From Heptranchias perlo (lineage: Eukaryota), in NCBI RefSeq assembly GCF_035084215.1, contig NC_090340.1, positions 11,656,001 through 11,720,000 of the forward strand: a stretch of 64,000 nucleotides of DNA. Direction: 5' to 3'. Of the stretch, positions 62,880 to 64,000 are shown piece after piece; positions within the stretch are counted from its first letter, which is position 1; every line of letters starts with the position of its first letter. The notes beneath the pieces are model-generated. The model was given only the letters and a program-made list of their open reading frames with translations. It did no database searches and was not told the DNA's origin. A program made the translations under genes and the position numbers.

Positions 62880-64000
62880 GAGAACATTACTGAATCGGTG
62901 CAGAACATTTTGCCGGGGTGGGGGGGGAAGGGGTTTGGAAGCGGGGGGGAAGGGGAACAGCCAGAAGTCGTGATCCAAGTTAGATCTAACGACATAGGAA
63001 GGAAAAGGGATGAGGTCCTACAGACAGAATTTCAGAAGCTAGGGAGGAAGTTAAAAAGCAGGGCCTCAAAGGTTGTAATCTCTGGATTATTCCCAGTGCC
63101 ATGTACTAGTGAGCATAAGAGCAGTAAGATAAGACAGGTTAATGCGTGGCTGGAAAGATGGTGCAGGAGGGAGGGCTTCAGATTCCTGGAGCATCGGGGT
63201 CAGTTCTAAGGCAGGAGGGACCTGTACAAGCCGAACGGGTGGCACCTCAACAGGGCTGGGACCAATATCCTCATGGGGAGGTTAACCAGTGCTGTGGGGT
63301 AAGGCTTAAAACTAATTTGGCAGGGGGAGGGGCACCAGGGTGACGCATTAGAGAGGAGAGACAAGGTGCACAGAGGACTGGGAGAGACAAACAGCATTAG
63401 AATAAAGAGTAGTTCAGAAATAGGAGGGATCAAACGGGGGAAAATGCGAGGCAGTCTAAGATGGGTTTGAAGTGCATGTGCGTAAATGCACGGAGCATAG
63501 TAAATTGCCACATGGGATTACGGTACAGTGGCAATAATGGAAACCTGGCTCAAACAAAGGGAGGATTGGGAACTTAATATTCCTGGCTACAAGGTATTCA
63601 GGACAGGTAGGGAAGGAAAAAAAGAGGGGGTTGGCAGTATTGATCAAAGTTACAACACAGATGATGTAGTTGAGGAGTCAAAGACAGAATCTATTTGGTT
63701 AGAATTAAGGAACAATAGAAGAGCTATTATACTACTGGCTGTATACTGTAGGCCACCAAATAGTGGGAGGGAGATAGAGAAGCAAATTTGTAGGCAAATT
63801 GCAGGAAGATACTTTCGAGTAGTAAATATGAGGGATTTCAATTATCCTAATATAGACTGGGAAAATATCTATGTAAAGGGCAAAGAGGGGGAAGATTTCC
63901 GGAAATGTGTATAAGAGAACTTTCCTGATTGGTATGTTTACAGCCCAACAAGGAAGGAAGCAGTGCTGGATCCAGATCTGGGGAATGAAGTAGGGTAAGT
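62880..64000 (+). mobile_element. 5' part of a degenerate CR1 LINE: ORF1 esterase-like region and start of the ORF2 APE domain (runs off the window)
   Basis: QPEVVIQVRSNDIG...NAWLERWCRREGFRF...HLNRAG (SGNH-like ORF1), then ETWL, IPGY, YCRPPNS and DFNYP. Confidence 0.88.

Overview
Vertebrate genomic DNA, most likely from a cartilaginous fish (shark-like repeat landscape; inferred). The window is intronic or intergenic and dominated by transposable elements: CR1 and L2-type LINE fragments, tRNA-headed DeuSINE-like and LF-SINE-like SINEs, small TIR elements, and three Penelope-like elements (PLEs; RT plus GIY-YIG). I could not identify a host protein-coding gene; only a few weak minus-strand exon candidates are visible. 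The main structure is a 3.17 kb PLE insertion (22985-26153) made of two 5'-truncated copies joined head-to-head. It has ~1.47 kb inverted arms, a 13-bp target-site duplication (TSD), a 46-nt tail on one arm only, and a minimal hammerhead ribozyme in each arm. A 107-bp insertion at 42986-43092 repeats the same arm/arm/tail/13-bp-TSD layout, and an older fold-back at ~22315-22510 looks analogous. The hammerhead of the third PLE shows a compensatory base-pair change. Also notable is an unclassified fold-back with ~95-bp inverted arms around a higher-order minisatellite (41633-42252). Boundaries of old repeats are approximate and were read by eye; family names come from recalled consensus features, not a database search.
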